A DNA stretch of 64,000 nucleotides from Candidatus Bathyarchaeia archaeon (GTDB taxonomy: Archaea; Thermoproteota; Bathyarchaeia; Bathyarchaeales; Bathycorpusculaceae), in the NCBI GenBank assembly GCA_038848525.1, contig JAWCNN010000004.1, forward strand, positions 11,595 through 75,594, in the 5' to 3' direction. A program made the translations under genes and the position numbers. Positions 9,833-19,249 of this stretch are shown here, piece by piece (the first letter of the stretch is position 1; every line of letters starts with the position of its first letter). The notes below the pieces were generated by a model, which saw only the letters and a program-made list of their open reading frames with translations, was not told where the DNA came from and searched no databases.

Positions 9833-11152
9833 TCATTGCTTCTCTTTTCTATGTCTAATACGCTTGACGCAGATGGCTATTGCGACCATTGCAACCAAGA
9901 TTGTTGAGGTTGAGGCAAAGTAGGGATTCAACAAAGCGAGTTTATCAATAGAAACCGAGATGCCGCCAACACCAAAATAACCGATGCTTAAGATTTGCCA
10001 ATCGTCATTTGCTTCGCTGTCTTCAGCAAATAGCATGTATTCACCCTTTGGAACGCTGGGAATATTTACGGTTAGACTGAAGCACCCATATTCATCTGTT
10101 AATGCAACGCCGATAATCAACTGCGTTAAATCTGGATTCACAAGCCTAATATGCACTAACGAATAGCTAGCGAAATTTTTTCCTTCGAGAAAAACGTTTG
10201 AGTCGGGAGAAGGTGTGAAAGTGTTCGGCGTTATCGACGGCAATTGAACAGAGGCTCCTTCAAAGCCTATGATTTTGCTTTTTCCTTTTTTGATTTTTCC
10301 TGGGTTTTGATCATTTGGTGGACCAAGATCCCAGCTCCTTTTTCTAAGCCAATCTTTAAGTTCCTCAGCAGTTACAATCCCATCTTCATTTGCATCAGCC
10401 TCTCTCTCCCCACCTCCGTCTGCAATGTCTTCCGTTAGTGTAGACTTGAGTCCGCCAAAAATTCCCGGAGGGTCTAATGGAGAAGTAGCTGAAGTCCCTA
10501 TAACAGCAACGTGATCGTTTTCTTGAATGTCATTCGCTCCTCCTGTAAAGCCTCCGCCATAACAAGAATCTATTATTACAACTATTGTGACGCTAAATCT
10601 AAATCCCGCAAGCATTTGCGCCAGTTCGTCATCCGTCAATACTTCATTAAGATCATCTGATTTGCAGTTACCTTCGGCTTCATCGCCTTGTGTCTCGTTG
10701 CCATCATCGTTAAGCCAAATCCACTCGTCCATGGGATCGTTAGCCTCGTCAGGGCTGTTTAGACCTCCGTTTCCTCCATTTCCATGCCCACCAAAGTACA
10801 AAGTTACTTCATCGCCAGGCTGGGCTATACCCTTTAGTGCATCCAAAACATCTCTGAGCTGTTGTTTACTGGGTTTTTCTAAGGTTTGACTGGTGCTACC
10901 GTCTCCTTGATTTCCTGATTTCTCTAAATCTCCTTTTAACTCGTCTCTATCATCTTTAAAACCGTTTTCTTCATGCCAAAGACCCAATGGACCTGACTTT
11001 CCAGGCCCCGTGACATACACACGGTGGAATCGGGTATTTCCGTCGACTACTTTGGGAGGTTGAGCCCACACGCTTGTTAATACTGATAGGATGAGCATTA
11101 TGAAAATTACAGCCATTACTTTTTTAGGAAAAGTTAAAGCATAGTATTTCAT
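9833..11152 (-). CDS. secreted, C-terminally anchored clan-CD cysteine peptidase-like protein (legumain/caspase-like His-Cys dyad)
   Basis: N-terminal signal-like region. Beta-strand plus GHG (VTLYFGGHGNGG) and beta-strand plus SC (VVIIDSCYGGG) match the clan-CD dyad. It also has an EF-hand-like loop DANEDGIVTAEELKDWL, an Ig-like C-terminal domain, and a TM helix with a basic tail. Confidence 0.55.
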   Translation of the reverse strand: MKYYALTFPKKVMAVIFIMLILSVLTSVWAQPPKVVDGNTRFHRVYVTGPGKSGPLGLWHEENGFKDDRDELKGDLEKSGNQGDGSTSQTLEKPSKQQLRDVLDALKGIAQPGDEVTLYFGGHGNGGNGGLNSPDEANDPMDEWIWLNDDGNETQGDEAEGNCKSDDLNEVLTDDELAQMLAGFRFSVTIVVIIDSCYGGGFTGGANDIQENDHVAVIGTSATSPLDPPGIFGGLKSTLTEDIADGGGEREADANEDGIVTAEELKDWLRKRSWDLGPPNDQNPGKIKKGKSKIIGFEGASVQLPSITPNTFTPSPDSNVFLEGKNFASYSLVHIRLVNPDLTQLIIGVALTDEYGCFSLTVNIPSVPKGEYMLFAEDSEANDDWQILSIGYFGVGGISVSIDKLALLNPYFASTSTILVAMVAIAICVKRIRHRKEKQ

Positions 11153-11335
11153 GTTGTTTTTCTCCTTTTATGTTTTAGATGTTGTTTTGCGTTTATTTTG
11201 AGTATTTTTGGAAGGAAGTAAACAGACTTTGTTTATTGGCTTCTATGATGCGTTCCATAAAAGCCGTTCAAACTCAAGTTTGCTTTTTCCTTCATTAACG
11301 GGTTGTCCTCCTAATTATTTAAGACTTGTGGAACA

Positions 11336-11665
11336 ATGATTGTAAGCGTAAACTCTAAAAATGTTAGATGTGAATATGTTTCGGTTGTGGATAATTTGAA
11401 GCGAAGAAAAAAGAGTGAAACCCAAAAATTCGTTAAGGCAATAGTTGTCCTAATCCGCAACACCACATGGAGATGCGGAAAACTGGAACGTTCAATAGTT
11501 AAGTATTTACATAAAAAGAGTGAGGGTTTTGGAAAACCAGAAACGTCAATAAAGGATATGCTTCAAAACTTTAGGGTAACCGGCAAAAAACGAAACGATT
11601 TCCTAGACGCATTAAGAAGGTTGGAAAGAAGGAATATAATAAGGATACTGGCTATCGCAAGCTAG
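11336..11665 (+). CDS. hypothetical basic protein
   Basis: 109-aa ORF with no recognisable family. Confidence 0.3.
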   Translation: MIVSVNSKNVRCEYVSVVDNLKRRKKSETQKFVKAIVVLIRNTTWRCGKLERSIVKYLHKKSEGFGKPETSIKDMLQNFRVTGKKRNDFLDALRRLERRNIIRILAIAS

Positions 11666-11680
11666 CTTTTCTAGCCTTTC

Positions 11681-12163
11681 CTAAGATTTTTCAAGAAGAG
11701 CCTTTGCTTCTTCAATCCATCTTCTAACAATTTTCGGCGAAATCTTCAGTTTTGTAGCTAAATCCTTAGCTGAAGCCTTTGCCAAATCCTCAGCATTATT
11801 TATGCCCAAAGACCTCAACTGCTCAGCTCGTTTTTCTTTGATGCCCTTAACCCGCGTAAGCTCCACAGTGGGAGGCGCAACCTTTTCAGCTACTGGTTTT
11901 TCTTCAACCTTTACCTCTGCGGGCGGAGTTGGCGGCGGTGGTGGAGGCGCTGGAGCTTGTGGTGTTGGCGGAGGCGTTGGCGCCTTAACCGTTTTAACAT
12001 GCGTTTTCAATCTTTGAGAATAGCCCAAACCCAGAAAGAACAGTCCAGACACGACTGTTGCGACAATCCATAGTTCTTTGAATTCTATTTGGTAGACAAG
12101 CACCATACCCGCCAAAATAAAGAATATTATGGCCACTGTATAGAGGGCGTAATCTGAACGCAT
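11681..12163 (-). CDS. membrane protein with a Pro-rich linker and C-terminal helix-hairpin-helix motifs
   Basis: Two N-terminal TM helices, a PTPPPTPQAPAPPPPPPTPP linker, then VKGIKEKRAEQLRSLGINNAEDLA, which is HhH-like. Confidence 0.55.
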   Translation of the reverse strand: MRSDYALYTVAIIFFILAGMVLVYQIEFKELWIVATVVSGLFFLGLGYSQRLKTHVKTVKAPTPPPTPQAPAPPPPPPTPPAEVKVEEKPVAEKVAPPTVELTRVKGIKEKRAEQLRSLGINNAEDLAKASAKDLATKLKISPKIVRRWIEEAKALLEKS

Positions 12164-12290
12164 ACCATTTTCTCCCTAACCCTCTTATGTTCTATGTAAG
12201 AGCTTAAATAATTTTCCATCAACCCCCAAAATTTCAAGTCACTCAAATGTTGTTGACAGAATTTCTCGTTTAACCATAACATTTAAAATT

Positions 12291-13658
12291 TCAGAGCTGA
12301 GAAGGCAACTTTATCAAACCCTCTTTCATCAACACTTTTAGGGATTCCCTTGCATTTTGAATTATCGCCACAGCCCTCTCATAAAGCTCTTGCCTACCCA
12401 GCTTTATCCTCGCCACGCCCTGCTCAATCGACTTCAAAGCACATGCAACCGCCTCCCGCGGATAAACTTCCCATTCTTCCATTCTTGGCAAAATATACTC
12501 TTCATGTATTCCACGCTCCTCTGCAAATTTCGCCAGTTCTTGGGCAGCAGCAATACACATATCATCCGTAACAGTCTTAGCTCTCACATCCAAAACACCA
12601 CGGAAAATCGCTGGAAAACCTAAGCTATTATTAACCTGATTTGGAAAGTCACTTCTTCCAGTAGCCACCACACGGGCTCCAGCTTCCTCCGCCTCCCAAG
12701 GCCATATTTCGGGTATGGGATTTGCACAGGCGAAAACTATGGCGTCATCCGCCATAAATCTAACCCACTCCTTCCGTATAGTTCCAGGTCCAGGCTTGGA
12801 TGCAGCCACAACAGCGTCTACGCCTTTGAAGGCTGCAGCTATGTTGCCCCTTCTGCCCTCTGCATTTGTTTTTTGGGCTAAATCGTATTTCCACGGGTCT
12901 TCCGCTTCGGTTATATCCTCTCTTTCAGAGTGGATTATGCCTTTTGTATCCACTAACAACAAATTGCCAGGTTTTACTCCCCACTTCATCAGCACGTAGG
13001 CTGTTCGGATGTTGGCTGCGCCTGTGCCAACAAGCGTTATAAGGCTTTCTTTGGGGTTTTTGCCCACAATTTTGAAGGCATTAATTAACCCAGCCAGTAT
13101 CACCGTGGCTGTTCCTTGTTGATCGTCATGCCAAACAGGAATTTGTAGACGTTCTCTTGCCTTTTCCAGCACGTAAAAGCATTTTGGCTTTTCAATGTCT
13201 TCAAGGTTGATTCCGCCGAAAGAAGGCTCGATAAGCTCGCATGCGCGGACTAGCTCCTCTGGGTTTTTTGTTTTTAGGCATATTGGAAAGGCGTCCACCC
13301 CGCCCAAAAATTTGAACAAGAGGGCTTTTCCCTCCATTACAGGCAGGGATGCTTCTGGACCAATGTCGCCTAAACCCAAAACACGTGTGCCGTCTGAAAC
13401 CACGGCTACGCAGTTCCAGCGGTTCGTCAACTCAAAAGATTTATCCCTGTCTTTTTGGATTTGACGGCATACTGCAGCCACGCCCGGCGTGTACCATATG
13501 GCGAAGTCTTCGGGGCTTTTTATTGCGCATTTCGGCATTACTTGAACTTTGCCTTCATAAAATTTATGCAGTGACGAAGCCAACTGCAACGGCTTTTCAG
13601 CTTTCGCCAGCAACTCTTCCGCTGTGAGCTTTCCCTCTTCCCTTTTAAACTGAGACAT
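12291..13658 (-). CDS. NAD(P)-dependent malic enzyme (short form)
   Basis: 455 aa with YTPGVA, VSDGTRVLGLGDIG and VGTGAAN motifs. Confidence 0.9.
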   Translation of the reverse strand: MSQFKREEGKLTAEELLAKAEKPLQLASSLHKFYEGKVQVMPKCAIKSPEDFAIWYTPGVAAVCRQIQKDRDKSFELTNRWNCVAVVSDGTRVLGLGDIGPEASLPVMEGKALLFKFLGGVDAFPICLKTKNPEELVRACELIEPSFGGINLEDIEKPKCFYVLEKARERLQIPVWHDDQQGTATVILAGLINAFKIVGKNPKESLITLVGTGAANIRTAYVLMKWGVKPGNLLLVDTKGIIHSEREDITEAEDPWKYDLAQKTNAEGRRGNIAAAFKGVDAVVAASKPGPGTIRKEWVRFMADDAIVFACANPIPEIWPWEAEEAGARVVATGRSDFPNQVNNSLGFPAIFRGVLDVRAKTVTDDMCIAAAQELAKFAEERGIHEEYILPRMEEWEVYPREAVACALKSIEQGVARIKLGRQELYERAVAIIQNARESLKVLMKEGLIKLPSQL

Positions 13659-13762
13659 GTATTACTCTCCCTTTTGAAAAATTATATGCAAGCATCAGAA
13701 CTTTAAAGTTTAGCAAAGCAAAAAGAATTTAGGAAATTTTGGAAAGGCATTTAGATAAGCGT

Positions 13763-14239
13763 TTAATATCTTCTTTGGCTGTATCCGCTTCTTCTTCCCC
13801 TTCCGCCGAAATCCCTTCTCCCTCTCCCCCTGAATGGGCGACGCTCTTGTTCGTAAACTTTATTTGACAAGTTATTTGCAGTGTTTACTTCACCAGTAAA
13901 GGCTTTTTCTGCAATTTCTATTGTGCCGTATCTGCCAACATTCAAGCGCATATTACCCCTAAAAAGGCTTACATATCCGTTTCCTACTTTTATTGTGTCG
14001 CCTTCATTTGCCTTTTCAATATTGTCGTCCCAAAGGGTTAGGTAAACACATCCAGTCTCATCTCCTATTAAAGCGTCGCAAACGCGATGTGGCGCGCCAT
14101 CTCTTCCAACAGCAATGTTTCGGATTTCGCTTTTTGAAACCACTTTGCCCACAACGTTTACAGCGCGTGAGGTTGGAGTTAACTCGCCAATTTTCGTGTC
14201 TACGGGTTGTCTACTTCCGGAAAAACCTTCAACCGCCAA
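13763..14239 (-). CDS. ssb: single-stranded DNA-binding protein, single OB fold with an RGG-rich tail
   Basis: The OB-fold core (VNVVGKVV...IGDETGCVYLTLWDD...) and a flexible C-terminal tail (here RGRGRRDFGGRGRR) resemble crenarchaeal-type SSB. Confidence 0.75.
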   Translation of the reverse strand: MAVEGFSGSRQPVDTKIGELTPTSRAVNVVGKVVSKSEIRNIAVGRDGAPHRVCDALIGDETGCVYLTLWDDNIEKANEGDTIKVGNGYVSLFRGNMRLNVGRYGTIEIAEKAFTGEVNTANNLSNKVYEQERRPFRGRGRRDFGGRGRRSGYSQRRY

Positions 14240-14304
14240 TTATTTCAACACCTTACATTTTACAACATTCATAACATTACCTTTTAACACTTAAGCGTTG
14301 TGGT

Positions 14305-14709
14305 TTAAAGCGTTTGGCTTTCAGCACAACTTATAATAGCGTTTAACTGTTCTTTGCTGAGTGGAAAACCGTGAAGCGCCCTGCCTCGAACCTTCAAATC
14401 TTTCAGAAAAGTCTGTTTGACGGGTAAGGGCTTATCAAAACGTATTACATATTTGAATTCTATGGCTTTTTTCCATCCCCATTTTTCACATTCACACTTT
14501 TCCTCATCAGAAAACTCGTCCACTCCATAAACGTTTCCAATTTCGCCATAACCAACAAAAGCATCACCCACGCCAGTTTTATGCACGAAAATTATAATTT
14601 GCCCAGCCTTCCAATCTCTGCGAAGACTAGTGTAATAAATCGCCATATCAAAGACTTGGCTTACCCATTCCAAAGTGGCTATCCTCAAAATGTAACCGTC
14701 ATTCATCAA
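14305..14709 (-). CDS. hypothetical protein (weak PUA/ASCH/EVE-like impression)
   Basis: 134-aa ORF. The fold guess rests only on the pattern AGQIIIFVHKTGVGDAFVGYGEI. Confidence 0.3.
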   Translation of the reverse strand: MMNDGYILRIATLEWVSQVFDMAIYYTSLRRDWKAGQIIIFVHKTGVGDAFVGYGEIGNVYGVDEFSDEEKCECEKWGWKKAIEFKYVIRFDKPLPVKQTFLKDLKVRGRALHGFPLSKEQLNAIISCAESQTL

Positions 14710-14777
14710 ATCTTCGCCGTTGAATAAAATAATTTTATACCATTAAATATTTATCACATATTCAGGTGGAAAAGTAA

Positions 14778-15215
14778 TTGAATAAGCATCTTCTGGAATG
14801 GATGAAGTCAAATCTTAACAGAATTTTTGAGTCTCCATGCAAAACAGTTTTTAAGGGAAAAAGAGTTCCGCAAGACTTCAAAATAGTTGAGGTCAACGAA
14901 GAAAAAGGCGTTGTTAAAATTCAGTTTGTGAATACTGGTGCTGTTTTGCCTTTGGGGTTTTGGAGATTCGACAAAACGGTTGAGGTGCTTTCGAAGGGTG
15001 AATGGGTTCGTTTAGGAACGCGCCTGTATGCGGACGAACCGTCAACCATCGAGTGGACACTACAGGAACATACAAAGAAAATCTACGGCAGAAAGGCGGA
15101 CACCAAAACCGCACCGCACATATGCGATATACTGGTTGTTTTTGGAATAGCCAAGTATGGCTATGTTGAAAATCCAATTTCTAAGAGGAAAAATCAAGCA
15201 GTGAAGAAAATTTGA
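14778..15215 (+). CDS. hypothetical protein
   Basis: 145-aa ORF with a TTG start 7 nt after an AGGTGGA SD. Confidence 0.35.
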   Translation: MNKHLLEWMKSNLNRIFESPCKTVFKGKRVPQDFKIVEVNEEKGVVKIQFVNTGAVLPLGFWRFDKTVEVLSKGEWVRLGTRLYADEPSTIEWTLQEHTKKIYGRKADTKTAPHICDILVVFGIAKYGYVENPISKRKNQAVKKI

Positions 15216-15218
15216 AGT

Positions 15219-16256
15219 TTACGGGTTTACAGCTATTTTTATTTCACTTTTCGATGTGCTGAGTATTTGGAAAGCCTCTTCGATTTCGTTTAGCCTCATC
15301 CTTTTTGTGATAAGCGGTTTCACGTCGATGGTTTTTGATGCTATTAGGCTGAGGGCTTTTCTGAAATGCAAAGGCGTGGTGTGAAAAGCTCCTAAAACCT
15401 TAACTTCTCCGTAATGGAGTTGTTCGGTGCTGAGCTTAATTTCTGTGTTGGGTGGGCAACCGCCGAACTCCAGAACTGTTCCGCCGTTCCGCACAAGCCT
15501 TAGGGCTTGCTCCCAAGTTTTAGGCGAACCAACCGCTTCAATCACCACATCAGCGCCGTATCCGCCAGTAAACCGCCTAACCGCTTCTACAACATCCATT
15601 TTTTCAGCGTTTACTGTTTCATCTGCACCGAGTTTCCCAGCGAAGTTTAGACGTTCTTCTGCCATGTCTATCATTATGGCTTTTTCAACACCCAACTTTT
15701 TGACTGTTAATAGATGTAAAAGTCCTATGGGTCCAGCGCCGATTATCGCCACCACATCGCCCAGTTTCACTCCAGCCTCTTCAACGCCATGTAAAACGCA
15801 TGCTAAAGGTTCGGTTATTGCCGCCTCTTCATAGGAAACGTGCTGCGGAATTTCCTGCGTGTTCACAATCACCATGCGAGCTGGAACTTTAATGTATTCG
15901 GCGTAGGCGCCCCAAAGCCAAATCATGTTTTCGCAGAGGTTATACTTGCCCTTCTGACACATGAAACAGCGCAGACATGGAGCGCTGTTGCCAGCGCGGA
16001 CACGCATTCCTTTTCTTGGCCATTCTAGGTTTTCGCCGACTTCAACAACTTCGCCAGCCCATTCGTGTCCAAAAACTGTTGGAAGCTTTATAATCTTTTC
16101 AACGTAGCCTCTCTGGAAAATTTTTAGGTCTGTGCCGCATGTGGTTGCCGCCTTAACCCTAACAAGAACTTCGCCAGCTTCAACCGTCGGCGTTGGAACC
16201 TCCTCAACGCGCAAGTCTTTTACGCCGTATAGCATGGCTGCCTTCATTTTAATCAC
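15219..16256 (-). CDS. zinc-dependent medium-chain dehydrogenase/reductase (sorbitol/threonine dehydrogenase-like)
   Basis: GHE motif, a structural-Zn Cys cluster (CLRCFMCQKGKYNLC) and the GAGPIG Rossmann motif. Confidence 0.85.
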   Translation of the reverse strand: MIKMKAAMLYGVKDLRVEEVPTPTVEAGEVLVRVKAATTCGTDLKIFQRGYVEKIIKLPTVFGHEWAGEVVEVGENLEWPRKGMRVRAGNSAPCLRCFMCQKGKYNLCENMIWLWGAYAEYIKVPARMVIVNTQEIPQHVSYEEAAITEPLACVLHGVEEAGVKLGDVVAIIGAGPIGLLHLLTVKKLGVEKAIMIDMAEERLNFAGKLGADETVNAEKMDVVEAVRRFTGGYGADVVIEAVGSPKTWEQALRLVRNGGTVLEFGGCPPNTEIKLSTEQLHYGEVKVLGAFHTTPLHFRKALSLIASKTIDVKPLITKRMRLNEIEEAFQILSTSKSEIKIAVNP

Positions 16257-17281
16257 TGCCTGTTTAAAACCACGATTTTCAGGCTTTCCTTATTTTCAAG
16301 GGCTGTTTTAAATGCTTTGGCTGTATCCTCAAGCCTAAAACGGTGAGTTATCAGATCCTTCACGTTTAACTTGCCTAAGCGTATAAGCTCTAGGGCTTCT
16401 CTTGTTTCTAGGTGCGAAGTTGAATAGGATGGAATTATTTGTATTTCGTTGAAAAAGAGTTGTTTTGGGCTTATTTCCAAATGTTTTTCTGGTTCTATCG
16501 GCGCAAAAACGCAGAGTTTTCCGCCTTTACGGCAAATTTCTAAACCAGTCTTGTAAGCTTCTAGGCTTGGAGCGGTGATTATGGCTACATCAACGCCCCT
16601 CCCACTTGTTTCAGCTTTGACAACAGCTTTCAAATCGGTTTTCTGTGAATTAGCGGCGACATCCGCCCCGAATTTTTCAGCCATTTGTAACCGAAAATCG
16701 ATTAAGTCGCTTACAATGGTTTTTTCTGCGCCGAAAATTTTTGATAGTGCAACGTGTATTATGCCAGTTGCGCCAGCACCGATTACCGCTACAGCATCGC
16801 CTTCGCGAATATTGCATTTTTTGATAGCTTTTATACAGCACCCAACGGGTTCGATGAGTGTGGCTTCCTCAAAGGAGATGCCTTCAGGAATTTTTAATGT
16901 GTCCAATTGAAGGTTTGGGGCTGGAACTTTGAAGTATTCGGCGAATCCGCCTGGTATAATGTTTGTTTTGTGGAATTGTTCGCATAGGGTGTAATCGCCA
17001 TGTAGGCAATAGCGACATTTTAAACATGCAACGTGATGATGGACGAAAACGCGTTCTCCAACATCAAAGCCTTCCACAGCTTCGCCTTTCTCGGCTATTA
17101 TGCCAGAAGGCTCATGTCCCAAAACAAGGGGCGCACGGCTTTTCAAGTACCAATCCATCAAATCTGAACCGCATAGTCCACAAGCCCGCATTTCAACCAA
17201 AACTTCATCTCGGCTTATTTCTGGAATTGGCACGTCCGTTATTCTAATGTCTTTTTGGCTATAATACACCGCAACTTTCAT
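16253..17281 (-). CDS. zinc-dependent medium-chain dehydrogenase/reductase, paralog of the downstream gene
   Basis: CGLCGSD, GHE, CLKCRYCLHGDYTLC and GAGATG motifs. It overlaps the next gene by 4 nt. Confidence 0.85.
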   Translation of the reverse strand: MKVAVYYSQKDIRITDVPIPEISRDEVLVEMRACGLCGSDLMDWYLKSRAPLVLGHEPSGIIAEKGEAVEGFDVGERVFVHHHVACLKCRYCLHGDYTLCEQFHKTNIIPGGFAEYFKVPAPNLQLDTLKIPEGISFEEATLIEPVGCCIKAIKKCNIREGDAVAVIGAGATGIIHVALSKIFGAEKTIVSDLIDFRLQMAEKFGADVAANSQKTDLKAVVKAETSGRGVDVAIITAPSLEAYKTGLEICRKGGKLCVFAPIEPEKHLEISPKQLFFNEIQIIPSYSTSHLETREALELIRLGKLNVKDLITHRFRLEDTAKAFKTALENKESLKIVVLNRQ

Positions 17282-17386
17282 TTCAGCTCAAAAAGGTGTT
17301 TCTGCCCTCAAACACTTAAGACTTTTTACAATGGCGGCAAATCTTATATTCAGTTGATGACAAACCTAAAGTCGAGGAGAAGGAAA

Positions 17387-17632
17387 ATGAAGGGACAAGG
17401 CGCCATAACATTTCTAACAGTCTTCTTCGCCGTTTTAATTGCCTCTTTGGCTGTGCAAGGTATTCCTCCGGGAAAAGCGCTTTATGGACTTTTGAGAATT
17501 CCAGAAACAGATTACCCAATTTTTGGAATACCCACCACTGTGCTTGTTACCGCAGTTTTCAATGGAGTGATTTACGGCGTAATTGTGTGGTTGATATTCA
17601 CGTTTGGAACAGCTGTTACGAAACGCAAATAG
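17387..17632 (+). CDS. small membrane protein
   Basis: Start moved to MKGQG after a GAGGAGAAGG SD. 81 aa with two or three TM helices. Confidence 0.4.
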   Translation: MKGQGAITFLTVFFAVLIASLAVQGIPPGKALYGLLRIPETDYPIFGIPTTVLVTAVFNGVIYGVIVWLIFTFGTAVTKRK

Positions 17633-17676
17633 CCGACGCCATAATATTCGGTTTGAGACATAATTTTATATAAGGT

Positions 17677-18030
17677 TTGAAAGAAATGAGCTTTATTAAT
17701 GGAGATGGCGCTATGAAAATTGAAAAGCCCGAGTTGGTTGCATACATCCTAATAGCAGTAGGCGCAGTATTGTTAATCCTTACGTTTGTTATGGCGTGTT
17801 TGCTGTTAATGTCAATTGCAAAACTTTCAACATCATCAGAGCTTTCGCAAGCCCTTGGAGAAATTCTTGGACCTATAGCCGAAGCCGTTGTGCGCGTTAT
17901 GTTTCTGGGAGTAATGGGTTGGACTGGCTCTATTGCGACGATGAGGGGCATACAACTCTACAAGGAATCGAAACGGGTTGCACAGCCAAAAACCGAGGAG
18001 AAACCATCTGAAAAGCCTAAAACCGATTAG
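17677..18030 (+). CDS. small membrane protein with a Lys/Glu/Pro-rich tail
   Basis: 117-aa ORF with two TM helices. Confidence 0.4.
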   Translation: MKEMSFINGDGAMKIEKPELVAYILIAVGAVLLILTFVMACLLLMSIAKLSTSSELSQALGEILGPIAEAVVRVMFLGVMGWTGSIATMRGIQLYKESKRVAQPKTEEKPSEKPKTD

Positions 18031-18047
18031 CCTATGAGGAATTTGGT

Positions 18048-18821
18048 TTGCGGCACACGGTTATGGCGTTGGGATTAATAATCGTGTTTCTGTGGATTAT
18101 CACATTATTATTTCCAGTTACCGTGGCATTTTCGCTTATGAAACTTTTAGAAGCAAAAAACATGGGCATACAAGAACCCGCAGTAGCGTTCTCAAATGGA
18201 AACTTCACATTTTCTATGCCTCTCTACATAAACAACACGGGCTTTTACGAAATTTCAGATGTAAACGTTAAAATACAAATAAGCAGAAAAAACAATACAT
18301 TTTCAACCGTTTCAACGCAGTTGCCAAATGTTCCAGCTGGCACTGTGCGGAATTCCAGTTGCAACTTTTCAATTGGCTTTGAAGAGCTTGTGTTGAAAGA
18401 CAGCGAACTCGTAACAAATGATGCAGAGTTGAATGTGAATGCTTCCTTGCATTTGCGAATAGCCCATGCAGTAGCCTTTGAAGTTTCAATGGGATTTATA
18501 ACCCATTGGGGTGCGCCGTTCAACAACTTAACCATCTACAACATCGCCTACAACAATCAAACCCATGTTTGCTCATTTTCCGTAAGCTTCGAAAACCACG
18601 CGTTTTATTCACTGAACGGAACATTCACGGCAGAACTATATAACAGTGCAAATGCGCTTGTCGGTTCAGCTACACAGTATGTGAATGTCCAGCCAGAAGA
18701 GATGTTTCAAACATCTTTCACAGTGACAATAGATGACCCTTCAAAAATGACAAGTGAAGGTGTTCTTCGCCTATATTTTGTCAATGTGCCAATTTCAGAG
18801 GAGGCTTGGACGTTTCCATGA
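18048..18821 (+). CDS. N-terminally anchored extracellular protein, beta-rich with many NxS/T sequons
   Basis: 257 aa with one N-terminal TM helix and two similar beta-rich halves. Confidence 0.45.
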   Translation: MRHTVMALGLIIVFLWIITLLFPVTVAFSLMKLLEAKNMGIQEPAVAFSNGNFTFSMPLYINNTGFYEISDVNVKIQISRKNNTFSTVSTQLPNVPAGTVRNSSCNFSIGFEELVLKDSELVTNDAELNVNASLHLRIAHAVAFEVSMGFITHWGAPFNNLTIYNIAYNNQTHVCSFSVSFENHAFYSLNGTFTAELYNSANALVGSATQYVNVQPEEMFQTSFTVTIDDPSKMTSEGVLRLYFVNVPISEEAWTFP

Positions 18822-19249
18822 GTGGAGATGGAATTAAAAGTTTTCGAAGGCTTAGCTTGAGGGTTGTAAAGGCAACGTTTATAACCGTTGTTGCAGGGGT
18901 TTTCTGGCTTATAATGTGGCTTTTAATTTCATTGCTTTTGGCAGATTACCCGGAATATTTAATGCATTTCGCAGTTTTGGCTTGGGCTTCGCTTTTCTTC
19001 ACGTTCGCCACAAAAATAAGCGAAGGCACAATTTACAGGCACATCCTCACAATCGCACGCAGCTTCTTTCTGATAATGTATGTTGCCTACGCCACAAACT
19101 GCGGAATCCTCACAATAAAAATTGAGAAATTCACCATCACAATCGAATTTATACCAATAATAGCACTTATAACAGCCATAAACCTTTTAGCCATGGCAAA
19201 GGGCTTACTTCAAGCCATAGAATTTGCATCAAAAAGCCCAAAAGATTAA
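18806..19249 (+). CDS. polytopic membrane protein
   Basis: 147 aa with four predicted TM helices. It overlaps the upstream gene by 16 nt. Confidence 0.4.
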   Translation: MDVSMSGDGIKSFRRLSLRVVKATFITVVAGVFWLIMWLLISLLLADYPEYLMHFAVLAWASLFFTFATKISEGTIYRHILTIARSFFLIMYVAYATNCGILTIKIEKFTITIEFIPIIALITAINLLAMAKGLLQAIEFASKSPKD

